A stretch of 64,000 nucleotides of DNA. Origin: Gordius albopunctatus (taxonomy: Eukaryota). The stretch lies in contig OZ193910.1 of the NCBI GenBank assembly GCA_964276515.1, positions 2,666,001-2,730,000 of the forward strand, given 5' to 3'. The position numbers were made by a program, and so were the translations under genes. The notes beneath the pieces are model-generated. The model ran no database searches. It saw only the letters and a list, made by a program, of their open reading frames with translations, and was not told where the DNA came from. Of this stretch, positions 26,597 through 40,073 are shown one piece after another (the stretch's first letter is position 1; each line of letters starts with the position of its first letter).

Positions 26597-26906
26597 TTAA
26601 CATTATAATGTGGTTGACTTTTATAAAGCGCGAGATTATTTTATTTTTTCACTACAACTGACCTATATTCACATTTAATAGAACCCCGTAAGTATGCCAT
26701 GATGAGAATTAAATAAAACTGATTCACCTATAAGTTTAAGCCAATTATAGTTTCATGTCATATTATGTATTTATCAGAGTTTTATCGGAAGCACTTTGGT
26801 CAAAAGTTGTTATTAATTTTAAATTCTAATATGCGTTTATTAGCTGGTTGAATGTAGGCAAATAGTTTCCCGGAAATCATAGCCTTTTTTAAATCTAAAT
26901 CAGCAC

Positions 26907-27300
26907 CATAGACTCGATAGACTGCTCATCAACGCACAATTTTCCCACCATTTTGATGTTAACATGGTAAAGTGGTGATCATATAGAAATTAGTAATTTT
27001 CGCAAATTAAATAATCTTAAAAGGTAAATAAAAAATATTGAATTGGGTAGATATCAAAAACAGCATTTTAAAATAAATATCATTTACACAATATATAAAA
27101 TTTAAAAATGTAAAAACTGAGATCAAAGTTTGATAATAATATAGCGCCATCAATATTCTGTATAATTTTAATTTATAAACTAGTGAGGAAGGTAATTATT
27201 AAAATACACCAGTTGCACACTTCAAAATGGAGGAAAATTTGACACACAATTAATCCTATGCAAATGCAACACATGGCATGAGCAGTCTATCTAGTCTATG
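26907..27300. mobile_element. MITE, same family as 12804-13185
   Basis: TIRs CATAGACTCGATAGACTGCTCAT / ATGAGCAGTCTATCTAGTCTATG; flanks ATCAGCAC / ATCAGCAG (7/8). Confidence 0.75.
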
Positions 27301-29638
27301 ATCAGCAGAGACCAAGAATTCCTAACAATTGTAGCCTCAAAGTTGTGATACAACGAACCAGATACATTATTATTTTACTGTGTTAATTAGATTATTCGTA
27401 AATCTCAAATTTGAAGTATTATTTCTTAAGCGTTTAAAAATTAGTGAATGTATAACCTTGAGAGAGTTTCTTAATTCAAGAACATCATAATCCTGAATTA
27501 AAATCCTCTATTTTATTTTATACTATCTTGTTCAGAGCGAAAATAATTGGAATCGTTTTTCATAAGACGACAGCCTCAATGAAGACCCAAAAAAACAAAT
27601 ACTTTACCCATTTTTTCATATACATTGTTCGGCCTTTAGAGCGTTTATATTCAATTTTACTATTTAAGTTATTTTTTGTTTTTTATAGTTTTTATGATGA
27701 TGTCTTTAGATGTGACCCATGTAATATAAATTATAGTTTATTTTATCTCCCTCCACCATTTTTGATGGAAATTATTTTAGAAGTACAGTGAATGTAGTAT
27801 GTTGAAACTTCATTTAAACGTGTTATTGTTAAAAAGTTAGTCTTAAAATTTGACTTGTAAAATTCATTCTAATATACTACCATAATTTAGCCTCACCGTC
27901 AGATTAATTGCTATATTTATGTTTATTTTTATATAAGTTAGGCATTACATGAGTATCATAGTCCGTTAGAGCATGTGGATCATACAGATAATTTGAAAAT
28001 CCTATTAATGAATTGTTCAAGAACAAATGTCTAAATGGATCTTAACAAACATATAGGGAAAATGAATAAATAACGTTCATCAAGGAAGGATGATATTTAT
28101 GAAATTTAATTAAAAATGAGTCTAAATATATTTTGATAGAGCCCTTTAAATTTTTTTTGAATTGACATGCTTTATTAAATAAAAAGTATTAAATATTGAG
28201 TGGAATTAATAAAAAGATACAAGAACGAAAAGAGCCCTTTAAATTGCATGTTAAGGGTTGAGAAAATTTGTAGAGCAATTATATTTTTATAATATATTAA
28301 TAAATTGTTTTAAGTGTACATATGCAAATAACTATATGTCATTTATCAGGGACATACTTGGGATTAAAATTTAAAGAGGGGTTTAAAATAATAAAATATA
28401 AAATTTATTTTGAATTTTCTTGTTATATCCGGGGTTTTAATTGTTAGGTGTTGTCGGGGAAGAGTAATCTTTTAGGGTTACGTTGATTGTTTCTAACTAC
28501 GCGCGAAGCGAAAAAAGCGAAGTGAATTTTTGGGCTAATTTATCAAACTCTTCATTCTTTTTCTTAATATCTTTATATTCATCGTGAAATTTATCATATA
28601 TCACGAAAATAACAATTGTAAATAGGAGGCGTTCATAATCAAACCGCAGACGATTATTTTTGCCCGCGGAAAAAAGCGAACGAAATTAGATACAAATTAT
28701 TTTGTACTTTTCGCGCGATGGTTAAAAAATTGAATTTGCTATGTATGTATCTTTATATAATTTTATATTTTTATAGAATAGGAATAGCCATCAAACCAAC
28801 CGCGGCCTCATTTATCCCCTTTAAAGTACTCATTTAATCATCTCATTTCAAACGTATCCAAACATATTTTCCAGCCTATTAATCTGAATGGTTTAAAAGC
28901 CTTAGATATAACTATAACAACCTCAAACCGTTCTCATTCTAAACAAACCTCAGATATACTAGAACAACCTCAAACCTTAAATACACCTATAATAAATTTT
29001 TAGGAAGGACTTAAAATTATGATTGAAGACAATGAGAAACGACATTTTTATGATCGGTTAAATAGTTATGTTCCTTAACCTAAATAGAATTGCCGATGCT
29101 TTGGTTTATTCAATGGATTTCAGCTTTTAAATACATAAATATATGAATAAATAACCTTTTGAATTAAGTCACGATAAAAAACTTCTTTAAAATCTATTTG
29201 TTAATTAGGCCTTTTTTAAAACAAAAACCCTAAAGGTTGTACAATTTCTAAAACAAGCATAATTATCATTGCCCCTATCACTCTGGTCTTATTTTACAAT
29301 CATAAATTTAACTGATCTTAAATATGATATTACCCTTGGATTGAAACAGACTATATATTTAGACAATATCTCTTTGTTAAATTTGGATGGGATGGCATAA
29401 TTAATAAAAAATATATATTGACAGAAGTTATTTTAAGTATGTAACACGGTATATTATTTGAAAAATTGTGTAAAACCAATGAGGGTAAGAAAATAGCCCC
29501 ATAAAGCTTCTAGCCCTGCCTACGTTAATAGCATTTATACAATCTATTACATGATAATACAAATTTTTTGTTTGCTCTAAAAAATATTTCGGAGTTGAGC
29601 ATAAATATTAATGCCATGCTGATGTGACCAGATGTTTT

Positions 29639-30236
29639 ATGCAAGCTCGCATGTGTGCATTTACAACTTTAATTTTAAAATTTGTTAAGTCCATAACTTT
29701 TATTATTATTTCAATATGTTTTATTTATATTATCTGTGTATTATTTGGAGCACCACTTATAAAGTATATAAAATAATTTCCATATATATGTCTTCAGTGA
29801 TAAATTTATAACGTTGTGTTTTAGTGTGTATTTAAACACAATTGTAATTTTACCTCTTCTGTTTAAATATGGAATTAATACAAACAGCTGGAATAATATA
29901 TTTATAAATAAAAAGTAATATTTTTGAAAATTTATTTAAAAGTGGCAGCTTTGAAACTCCATTTGACAAATTATTACATGATGTTAGCATATACACCATA
30001 ATTGGTGCTTGGTTAGGATGTTTTGTGATACCTTTAGATTGGGACAGACCCTGGCAGGTAATTGCTTGATATATATTTCTTATAATTAAATTTAGGTTTT
30101 TCCAATTCCATGTTATATTGGCAGTGTTTTTGGAGTATTGCTAAGTTGTTTATTGAATTGTACTTTTTATTCCCTAAAAACTCCAAATCCTAATAGTTCT
30201 TCTATTAAAACCAGAAATATAAAAAAGTTTGTTTAA
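29639..30236 (+). CDS. PIGF: GPI ethanolamine-phosphate transferase stabilising subunit PIG-F; exons 29639-29763, 29798-29914, 29943-30057, 30096-30236 (true start uncertain)
   Basis: Spliced translation contains IICVLFGAPL and the diagnostic GAWLGCFVIPLDWDRPWQ-VFPIPC. Confidence 0.9.
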
Positions 30237-31127
30237 CTCATATATTTCCGACATTTGTATACTATTTATTAACTATACTATTGTCATTATTATAAATATA
30301 AAATACAAGTAAGCATGTACAATTAAAACAATCCCAATTAATAAAACAACAACGATACAATAAATAATTTACACATTTGATGTTAATTTGAGCACATCTT
30401 ATTGGTATTAAAGAACAAATGTTTATTTTCAATGTTTGACAAAGCTTCATCATATAAATTAAAATCAATTATGTTGCCATGTGAGATTGATCGGCTTAGA
30501 TCTATTTGTTGTACAAGCTTAGATATCATTTTTTCTTTGCTATTTGGTAAATAATGTAAAAGCCTCGGAGGCATATTGTAGGAAATATATTGATCCAACG
30601 TGTGATAACCTTGATGATTATTTTATCAATTTTATTATCATTTGTCTTAGAAAAATGTGATAATAAAAAAGTACATAAAAAACTGCTGAAAAATAATTAT
30701 TTTTTTAAATACGCCTCTAAATTAATAAACAAACTACAAACATAAATACCAACCTATCTTATCCCTAATAATTTCTGCATTTAAAAGTGTTATTAACTTA
30801 TAGTCAGTGTCATGAATTTGACCAGTTTAAGCATCACACAAAAGATAAATTATATTTTTTGAAAACCTTTTTTGTTTGGTCAACTTTTGATTTAGCTAAG
30901 AAGACTAATGGCCAACCCTAATCTGTTTTTTAAATTTCGCCTAAGCCTAGAGGTCATCGCATGGGTTTGATTAATATTTAGTTGACTAAAACCCTCAAGG
31001 TCCACCACACTAACCCCCACCCCTTTTTACAACACTACTTTGAGGAGGGATCAGTTGTGTCGTTAAAATTTATTAGTTACGACAACAATCAACTCTAAAA
31101 TAACTCAAAGTTTATAAACAAACACTA

Positions 31128-34100
31128 TCAAATAAAATGCTCACTTTGTGGGTGCAAATTCTCTTGAGAATATCCTATCGCTCCTAATCTTTTCGGAACT
31201 TCTAAACTCTTTTTTGCCCGCGCGTATGCTTCGTTAGGAACCATTTCATCGTTAAATCTCGGTATCGAACTATGATTCGCCCTACCCAATATTTCCCTAT
31301 TTTCTATAACATCGCTCATCTTATCATCTTTCCCACGCAACGTCTCTTTAAGTTGTTGCTGACTTCGTACTTTAGCCACCGGCTGCTCACCAATATCATC
31401 CATTTGCCCTGTCGTGGTGGTCGGGCGTCGCATTCGGACATTTTCGTTAAATTCCGGTAATTTCATAGCCTGTTTCGTAGATTTCCGCAATTCACCTCGA
31501 GCCTGAACATTTCTCTCGAGAAATTGGCTCCTAATCGAATTGGCCGAAGGAATTAGTCCTCTACTCAAAAAGTATTGGTACCAGGAGAGCATGGCTATCA
31601 AGGATAAAAAAACTGCGTTGCTGCATACTCCGTACAAGGCAGACATGGTTGGCCAATGGAACATTATGTATCTAGTGCAAAAATATAATTGAATAATTTG
31701 CAATATTGATTACGTTCAAATTTCATTTATAAGTTTTTTAATAGTGATAACATGACGACTCCGCCTCATATAATTGATGAAAAGATCGTTATTTTGGCTT
31801 TATTAGGAAATTATATTTAAAAAAACATTTCTATAAAATAATCCATTAGTTTCCTTTGAATCAAATTAAGGCCATTGATAGATTTTAAAGTACGAAATAA
31901 AATACAAATTTTTAATATTAATATAATTAATTACGTTCGAATTTAATTTTAAGCTTTTAATATTAATAACATGATTACAGGTTGTTTGAGTGATTTTTAG
32001 TCTCCACTTCATATAATTGGTGAAAAGATTAAGCTTTAGTCTAAGATTTGAAAATTTTATAAAAAATAATATTTTTATAAAACAATCGGTTTGTTTAATT
32101 TTGAAATTAGATATTTTATTAAATCAAGTAAAATTATATTCTTTCTGCAAAACTTTAATATAGCCTATACCTTAGGCCCCTATATTGGGCGTGAATTTTG
32201 AGGTATGAAGTGTACATTTCGATTCGATCGCTTTCCACCATTACCCAAGCGTAAGATGCCGGATCAAACTAGCCCCAAAATAATATTTTAATTAAAAAAA
32301 TTAAATAAAGCCATATCAAACAATTAATATAAAAAAAAACTGACTTTAAAATCGCTTTTGTCACCCAAAAACAATGAAATTGAGTGAAAAATAACTTGAG
32401 AATTATAGTGGTGGGAAAACGCTTAGCACTAGCGCGCTTAGCACCTCCCCGCTGATGGGAATAGCCTATTAAATACGCTATGTCTACTAGCACATAGTCA
32501 CTTTAAGTGCTATAAGCTATAGGAGATGGGAGGTTTGAGGTGCTAGAGCTATGGGAGGTTTGAGGTGCTATGAGCTATAGGAGATGGGAGGTTTGAGGCG
32601 CTATGTGCTATAGGAGATGGGAGTTTGAGGTGCTGGAGATGGGAGTTTGAGGTGCTATGAGCTATAGGAGATGGGAGGTTTGAGGCGCTATGTGCTATAG
32701 GAGATGGGAGTTTGAGGTGCTATGTGCTATAGGAGATGGGAGTTTGAGGTGCTATGTGCTATAGGAGATGGGAGTTTGAGGTGCTATGTGCTATAGGAGA
32801 TGGGAGTTTGAGGTGCTATGTGCTATAGGAGATGGGAGGTTTGAGGTGCTATGTGCTATAGGAGATGGGAGTTTGAGGTGCTATGTGCTATAGCCGATTG
32901 CACTTAAATGCGCTACTCCTATAGCACCGGCGCTAACACTGGGAATAATTTCAATGAAAACAATAGAGTATCTCCCATCTCCTATAGCACATAGCACCTC
33001 AAACTTCCATCTCCTATAGCACATAGCACCTCAAACCTCCCATCTCCTATAGCACATAGCACCTCAAACTCCCATCTCCTATAGCACATAGCACCTCAAA
33101 CTCCCATCTCCTATAGCACATAGCACCTCATACCTCCCATCTCCTATAGCACATAGCACCTCAAACTCCCATCTCCTATAGCTTATAGCACCTCAAACCT
33201 CCAGTCTCCTATAGCTTATAGCACCTCAAACCTCCCATCTCCTATAGCTTATAGCACCTCAAACCTCCCATCTCCTATAGCTTATAGCACTTAAAGTGAC
33301 TATGTGCTATAGCTTTAGCTCCTTAAAAACGCTATTTCCCCATCACTAAGAATTATAAAAAAAACGTTAAAGTTGCTCTTGCCTAAATATTTTAAGAAAG
33401 TAAACTAACTAAACCCGATAAATATTTTAATCTCTTAATAAAAATATGTTTATAAACAGATTTCATAATCTAATTTACTCGGTTGTCTACGAATTTTTCG
33501 AAAAGTGTAACTGACATCATTTGCTCTTCCTGCCTGAGAGCCAGGAGAAATAAGGGAGCCATAATAATCGTTTTCGTTAGACGAACTATGGCAGATTGGT
33601 ATTGCAGCATTGCCTAGTTGTAAAATACGTAAAAAGGCTTGCTATAATATTAAAACCCCTTCATTTATTGTCTTAAATTTGTTCATTTAAAAGTCCAAAA
33701 GTCTGAGGGGAAGGGGCTGAGCGAGATCAGAATCGTTTGAATCTTTCTGCCCGAACCCGGCTTGGTACGATTTTATAACCAAATTACACGCCCCGAACCA
33801 GCACGAACCAAGAAGCGTCCGGCCCAAAATAATAATTTTTTTAATTTTTCGCAGTGATTTTCTTATATTTTTGAAAAAAAAATTAATTTAATTCTCCATT
33901 TTTTTGGGGGGGGGGGGTAAAATATTATACAATTAGATAAGAATGTCATAACGCAAAAACGAAATAATACACAAGAGCAAAATTATTCATTGAATAAAAA
34001 TCTCATTGAACCCGAATCTTGTTACGTTCCGTAAAATTGAAATTACGGTAATTGCCATACCCGTGGGCCGAAAGGGGCGGGCTTTTTAAGCCCACTGGCC

Positions 34101-37100
34101 TTTCAAAACCTACTTGCACCCCTTCCCTCTAGCTACTCCGCTTTACATAAAAGGCCCGCTTTCCCCCAAAAAGTCCGTGGGCGTAGCATTGGATAGGGAG
34201 GAGCAAAATGATTATTTTTATAAATTTTAGCCCCATAATTTTGAGAAATTTCAACAATTTTTTGGATTTAAAAACGGGCCTTCAAAGCGTATACATATCA
34301 TGTATATTTTGAGATCGAAATGCGCTTTACAATTCGGGGAAATGCGTAAACTTACGAAGCGTCTCGCGGTGGCTAAGATATCGTTGTTGCTGGTCATAAG
34401 TTTGACATTGCACATAAACATGCCCAGCTCACGATTGTTGGGAGAATCTGGGAGTTCCATCTCTAACACAATCCTATATTGCTGATCTGGCGCCAGAACC
34501 TAATAAGATCATAAAGTTAAAATCAATTATATTCATGGGCTTAGCCAAGGGGGGCAAGGAGGGGCAGCTGCCCCCCCCCTTAATCCATAAATCCATTCGA
34601 ATTATGGCTAAAATTTCAAAAAACGAACAATTCCCCACCCCTCTCTAATTACAATCCTAATTACGCCCATCATTATATTCGTTACGAAATTTGGGAAAGT
34701 ATGCACACATATTGTTGACTGAATCAAACCTAATGATCTCAAGCTTCAGTTGTTATAAATTAAAAAAGAAAGTTATATAAATTTGGAGGACATGGGCCTA
34801 GCCGGACTGGATTCAAAGGGTGCGGCAATAGTGGTTTGGGGGGGGGGGCGGGGGGCTTAATGAAAAATTTTGGAAATTTTACCCATAATTATTTTAAATT
34901 TTAAAGGTTTTTTTGTGTTTCTAAGTAAATGATTGCCACATATATATATGCCTTTTTGGCCCAAACTCTAAAATAATTGGAATAAAAACCAAAGTCCCAT
35001 ATCTTCAATACATATTAATTGATTGCTATGCTTTTTTTCGACAGCAGGCATTCAATGACAAACACACATGTTCCATTCGTCAAATAGAAGTCGCACACAA
35101 CACAACCCCGTCTTTAAAAGGGGAGAATAACATACTCCCGCCAACGGAAGATTAGATTAAAAAACATCAATAGTTTAAATCATTTTTAAAACGCATTTAA
35201 ACAAATCGCTCGTCAATCTCAAAGCAATTCAATTGCCAACGAAGATTTGGCAGGGGGGTGGGTATATCTTTCGAATGAATTTAATCTTACAAATTTGCAA
35301 AAAAAAAATTAGAATCAAATAGGGTAGAAGGGGGTAGGTAGCGAGCTAGCATGATGAACATTATGTTTCTTTGAATAAAGTTACATCCTATTTATAAGGT
35401 ATCATTTAGTAAATGGTTTTCAAGCTAAGGTTTGCTTGCTTTGACGTCCACCCAAAGTCCGATAATTCCATGAATTTATGTCCAAGAGTCGAGAAAAATA
35501 CAAATTGGTCACCACCCTTTATGGACTTTCTTCATACCCTTATTTCTGAAAGTTGCCAGGCAAACTTAGAAAAGCCCCCCCCCTAAGAAAAAATAAGTAA
35601 AATAACAAAATTTTTCACAAATTACAGTTTGTGGTAAAAATAAAAATCAGCTTTTTGCCCTCCCTCGATCCCCAAATCCCGATTAAATTCCTGGTGCTAC
35701 GTTCATTTTCTTATCGGTACATTGAATGCTGTTTCTCTATTCGATATTTTGAACAGTCATTTCGTGATTCTCTACTAACTTCGGGTCAAAATCATGTTTG
35801 GCCTAAAACTTCCTCGAGTGTCGACTTAAGAGGTCAATAATTGTTATAACAAAAAATCTTAATTCCTGTAGGAAAGGTAATAATTTCGATCATGGTCGTA
35901 GCCAGCGGGGGCAAAAATGACTTGGGAACGGGCAATATGATCATTTTTTGAAATGTTAGAAAATAATTTTAATAATTTTCAACAAATTTTTCGATTTTAT
36001 TACGCAAAGTAAATGACTCAAATTTCTAAATTTTTGTGGTCAATCATTCTAGCAGATAGAGGGTTAGAACAAAAAGTATTAGTTTTGGGTGATTCACACT
36101 TATATATAAGGCCACTGTAAGGTGCCTGTTACGGCGGGCACAATACCCCCCCCCCCCTTAAACTTTACAAAAAATCTTCAAAATTTTTATTAAAAATTAA
36201 TAAAAACTTAGGTAACGATGGGCGTAGTTAGTATTGGAATTATAGGGGGGCAATACTGATTTAGGGAGGGGCAAAATGATAATTTTTTGAAAGTTTAGCT
36301 CCATAATTTCAATTATTCCCAACAAATATTTGGATTTAGAGGGGGGCAGCCGCCCTTCCTTGCCCGCCTTGGCTATCACCATGATGATAACTATAAAAAA
36401 TAACCCAAAAATATATGACATTAAATTGATATCCACGTAGTGGCAACCACAATAGGGAATTTAGGCATTGAAGCTCTCGCTCTCCTGAAACAAATTGGAA
36501 AAGCGATCTCCAGCGTCTCCTTAGATTTGAAAGAATACTTTTTTATCAGACAAAAGATCACAATGGAAATCGTTAAATCCAACACGATTTCCATGCACAC
36601 GGATCAATGCCCCATCCGTTTAGTTTTAGCGCGTTTTTATATATTTTTAGTCGTTTTATTTTTTAGTCGTGTATGTAATTTTTCTTATACCATCTAATTA
36701 TAAATGTATATATAAAATTTAAAAAAAATTGAATGGAAAAAAAAATTGACTTACTTTCTGCCATGAAACGAGAGTTTTGGTTAAGCTAATATTTGCGTTT
36801 GGATACGATGCATACCTTCCTTCACCTTGACTAAAAAATATATTTAATGCATATATAAAATATAAAAAAAATAGGTAATTTTTTTATAAAAATAATAAAG
36901 ATTTTTAAAAAAAATATATAAAAAAATTTGCCTCCTGAGAGGATTGAACTCCCGACCCCTGGTTTACAAGACCAGTGCTCTGCCACTGAGCTAAAGAGGC
37001 GATGTAATAATTTACCTAACATATCTATTTATTATACTTCGTTTATTTCATATCTATAAAAATACTTGGTTAATTTTATGTATACCGGTTTAAAAGGGTG

Positions 37101-37687
37101 TTATTTTATAACTGTTTCTTGAAAATGAAAGGTATTGTTTATATATTATAACCTTTTACCTTAGTAATTTATTATCGAGCATATATAAAAAATATTTATG
37201 TCAAAATTTTTTAATCAAATTGGCTTTAAAATAAATAGCAAGTTTATTTTTTAAAATATGTAGAATATAATGATGTTATTGAGATTTATATCATAAATAA
37301 AGGCTAAGCTAATTTTTAATATCTATAGACTTCTTATATATCCTTAAATGATATGTAGGTGTATAAAACTTCGCATTCATTCAGTATTAAAAATGCTTAA
37401 TAGATAACATTTTAAGCATATAATACTAATAAAGGCGTTTCTAGGATAAAAGTAAATGTCATATATTGTTGGGCATACAAAAGTTTTAAATACTTGAATT
37501 GCCAGTATATTGGGTATGAATGAGAATCAATTGGCATGTAGATATAATAGAAGCAACCATAGGAAAACATGGATAGCCATAAAATAATTGTAAACGTGGA
37601 TATAATAAAGCAAATGTAGAGAAAAGATAATTTGATAATTTCAATTCCTTGATGATATAAAACAACAATAGTGGTTATAAACTCCAT
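31128..37687 (-). CDS. BSCL2: Seipin, 6 exons: 37687-37494, 36830-36755, 34499-34356, 33613-33479, 32268-32171, 31671-31128
   Basis: Spliced peptide YGCFYYIYMP..YPNANISL..YRIVLEMELPDSPNNRELGMFM..MLQYQS..YLKIHAQYRGLRYIMFHWP matches seipin; all GT-AG junctions are phase-consistent; two TM segments. Confidence 0.93.
32406..33348. mobile_element. Foldback element with arms made of 32-33-bp tandem repeats, in seipin intron 4
   Basis: Termini TAGTGGTGGGAAA / TTTCCCCATCACTA; flanking duplication AGAATTA(T); left arm ~32488-32892 of (GCTATAGGAGATGGGAG(G)TTTGAGGTGCTATGT)n; right arm ~32970-33309 is its reverse complement. Confidence 0.85.
34534..34671. mobile_element. Representative of the abundant ~140-170-bp GC-ended MITE family (CATGGGCGTAGCC...GGCTACGCCCATG); more than a dozen degenerate copies, e.g. 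~740-890, 16806-16964, 18017-18151, 18672-18847, 18955-19080, 36217-36383
   Basis: Short TIRs, internal GGAATTAGAGGGGGC and GGGGGCAGCTGCCCCC motifs; 8-bp TSD ATTATATT at this copy. Confidence 0.75.
36440..36680 (+). mobile_element. 3' fragment of a CRE-like (restriction-like endonuclease) non-LTR retrotransposon
   Basis: TTIGNLGIEALALLKQIGKAI..FFIRQKITMEIVKSN resembles the C-terminal RLE-adjacent motif ET.G..G..A...L..IG..I....F.RQRIS..VQRGN; homologous copy on the minus strand at ~49030-49250. Confidence 0.55.
36929..37000 (-). tRNA. tRNA-Thr (anticodon TGT), within seipin intron 1
   Basis: GCCTCTTTAGCTCAGTGGCAGAGCACTGGTCTTGTAAACCAGGGGTCGGGAGTTCAATCCTCTCAGGAGGCA folds as a cloverleaf; T6 terminator just downstream. 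Confidence 0.93.
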
Positions 37688-39099
37688 TAATATAAAAGGA
37701 ATGAAATTGATATCTAAACATGTATATACAAGGTCAAGAAAACATCCTAAGATGAGAATACTAATAAAATTATGAAGGCCTTCACAATGCCAAATTTTAA
37801 TTTAAATCACCTGGTGGTTATTCATCTCGCAAATCACCACAATGAATGTTTAACAAAACCATCCTTAAAAGGCGACGTAACCAACAAAAAACCCTATATA
37901 AACGACATTAATCCAACAAAATGATTATCTATAAGATAAAAACCTATAGACACATTTATATTTAAATTTATGCTAGAAATCTTTGATATGTGATATAGAC
38001 TTTTAAATTTAGGTCGAAATTAGAAAGTGGTACTCAATATCTTGCTCATTTTATAAATGCAAGAGAATCGGGGTACAATTTTTAGAATCTTTTATAAACC
38101 ACTATGATAATATTTAATAGGCCGCATGTCTAACAGAAACACCAAAATTATAAGGTACTTTAATTTTTGTGGTAACAACTACTGCTTAATTCATTACATT
38201 AAGTTCACTTGGAAACCTTAATTGACTCATTTGTATTATCTTATATAACTCCCGTCATTATCACATATAACTCGCGGATTCGCACTAAATTTTAATTGAC
38301 TTAATGTATTATTTTGATTAGCTCGCGATTATATAAGGAAGTCTTTTACACTTTCTTATCACTTACTTACTTTCTCGCACGCGTTTTCCTCTTGATTGAT
38401 ATTAAATGAAGTATTTATTATTTAATATACCCACAATAGACAAAGTCAACACTACCTACGACGGTCCCAAGTCCGTGTGCAAAAAGTGGAGGGTTAGCGT
38501 CATGTCGGAAACCGGCTATAAAAACCAACTCCAATATTATGATAGTTTCAAACACGATCTTACAATAAAAGGCTAGGGCGTCCTCCACAAACGACGCGCA
38601 CTGCATACCCCGCTCGTGCAATGTGAAAAATACACTAGGGTTACTGCCCAACTAACAACGAAGTAGGTTAAGGAAATTAGTTGTTGAAAGAATGCGAATA
38701 ACGTGCTGGAATGTGGGAACGTTGACGGAGAAGAGCATCGAAGCCGAACAAATGGTAAAAAGAAGAAAGGTATACATCGCTTGCCTACAATAGACGAGGT
38801 GGAACGGAAAGAAAGCCCGGGAATTAGGAGAAGGATACAAGCTTTTCTACAGTGGGTCATCAAATCGTAGAAACGGCAGGTCGGGAAGCTGGTGTAAATA
38901 AATCGGAGGGTAAAGGACGGACGGACAACGTACACCAAAAAACGAGCCCATAAATAGCATAGCAAGGCATATTTCATCTCTTTTAAGAATCAAAATTTGT
39001 TTTAAATTCTTTAAATAAAATTTAAGGTCTTTTACCCTATAAAGTGTCCCCCTGCGGACAAAAATTTATTAAACTTGTAATGCAATACAAAATTTAATG

Positions 39100-40073
39100 A
39101 GCGTTTCTCTATTTGTTTGAACATCTTGACTCCCCCCCCCCTCCCGCACACTAGTAGGAGAGAAAAGGGTGATCAATCAAAGGTTTTAAAAATGAACGTT
39201 CTTTCCCTCTCCTTCCTTCGCGTGCAACTTACTCCCTCCCTCACCATTTACATGACTTCGCTACTCTTACATTATTGTTTGCTCTTTTTTATAATTTTTT
39301 GTTTTTCGTCTAAAATTTGTCGTTTTTTTGCTGTTTTTTTAAATAAGGCACTAACAATTGGTAAAATAACCTCTTAATTTACATATTACAAATATTGGAA
39401 TGTATAACTTTATTGTAAAAATTATAGTACAGGTCAAAAAAATACAAATACACGTAGAAATCAGTAATTAAATATTTTTAAATTTTAAGGTTTAAATAAA
39501 AATATTTATTTGATTATTAAATAAACTTTTAAATTTTTCATTCTAATTTTTTTACCAATTTTATAAATTATAGGTTTTACATATGTAAAAAATGTAATAG
39601 CTAAATTAATTTTTTTTTTAAATCTTTCAAATTTCATACCAATTTTGTAATAAATTTTATAAATTTAAAAAATAACAGTTTTTTATCAAACAATCTGGCA
39701 AAAAAATAAACAAATTTCTGACAAAAACCACCAAATTTTTAAGAAAATTACAATCTTAAACTTAAAAATTCAACAGTTATTTATTCAAAATTACCCGCAA
39801 TATTTTTAAAATTTAGACCACGTTTTTTTATTAAAAAATTTGTCAAAAAAATCAACAAATTTCTTACAAAACCCACCAAATTTTTAAAAAGGGCAAACAA
39901 TAATGTAAGAGTAGCGAAGGCATGTAAATGGTCATGGAGGGAGTAAGTTGCACGCACGCGAATGAAGGAGAGGGAAAGAGCGTTCATCTTTAAAAGCTTT
40001 GATTGATCACCCTTTTCTCTCCTACTAGTGTGTGGGAGAGGAGTCAAGATGTTCAAACAAATAGAGAAACGCT
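39100..40073. mobile_element. ~1-kb non-autonomous element with long (~190-230 bp) terminal inverted repeats
   Basis: 39100-~39300 is the imperfect reverse complement of ~39880-40073 (AGCGTTTCTCTATTTGTTTGAACATCTTGACTCC...); AT-rich core; TTAA adjacent on the right and nearly adjacent on the left. Confidence 0.8.

Noticed and set aside
30262..30640. Minus-strand ORFs between PIGF and seipin, one with a hydrophobic stretch
   Set aside because: Could not build a consistent spliced model or recognise a family.
32488..33309. 32-bp repeat array as CRISPR or telomeric repeat
   Set aside because: No spacers; arranged as inverted arms inside a TIR element.
38400..38980. GC-richer block with overlapping short ORFs
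   Set aside because: No recognisable protein motif or element termini; probably a TE remnant.
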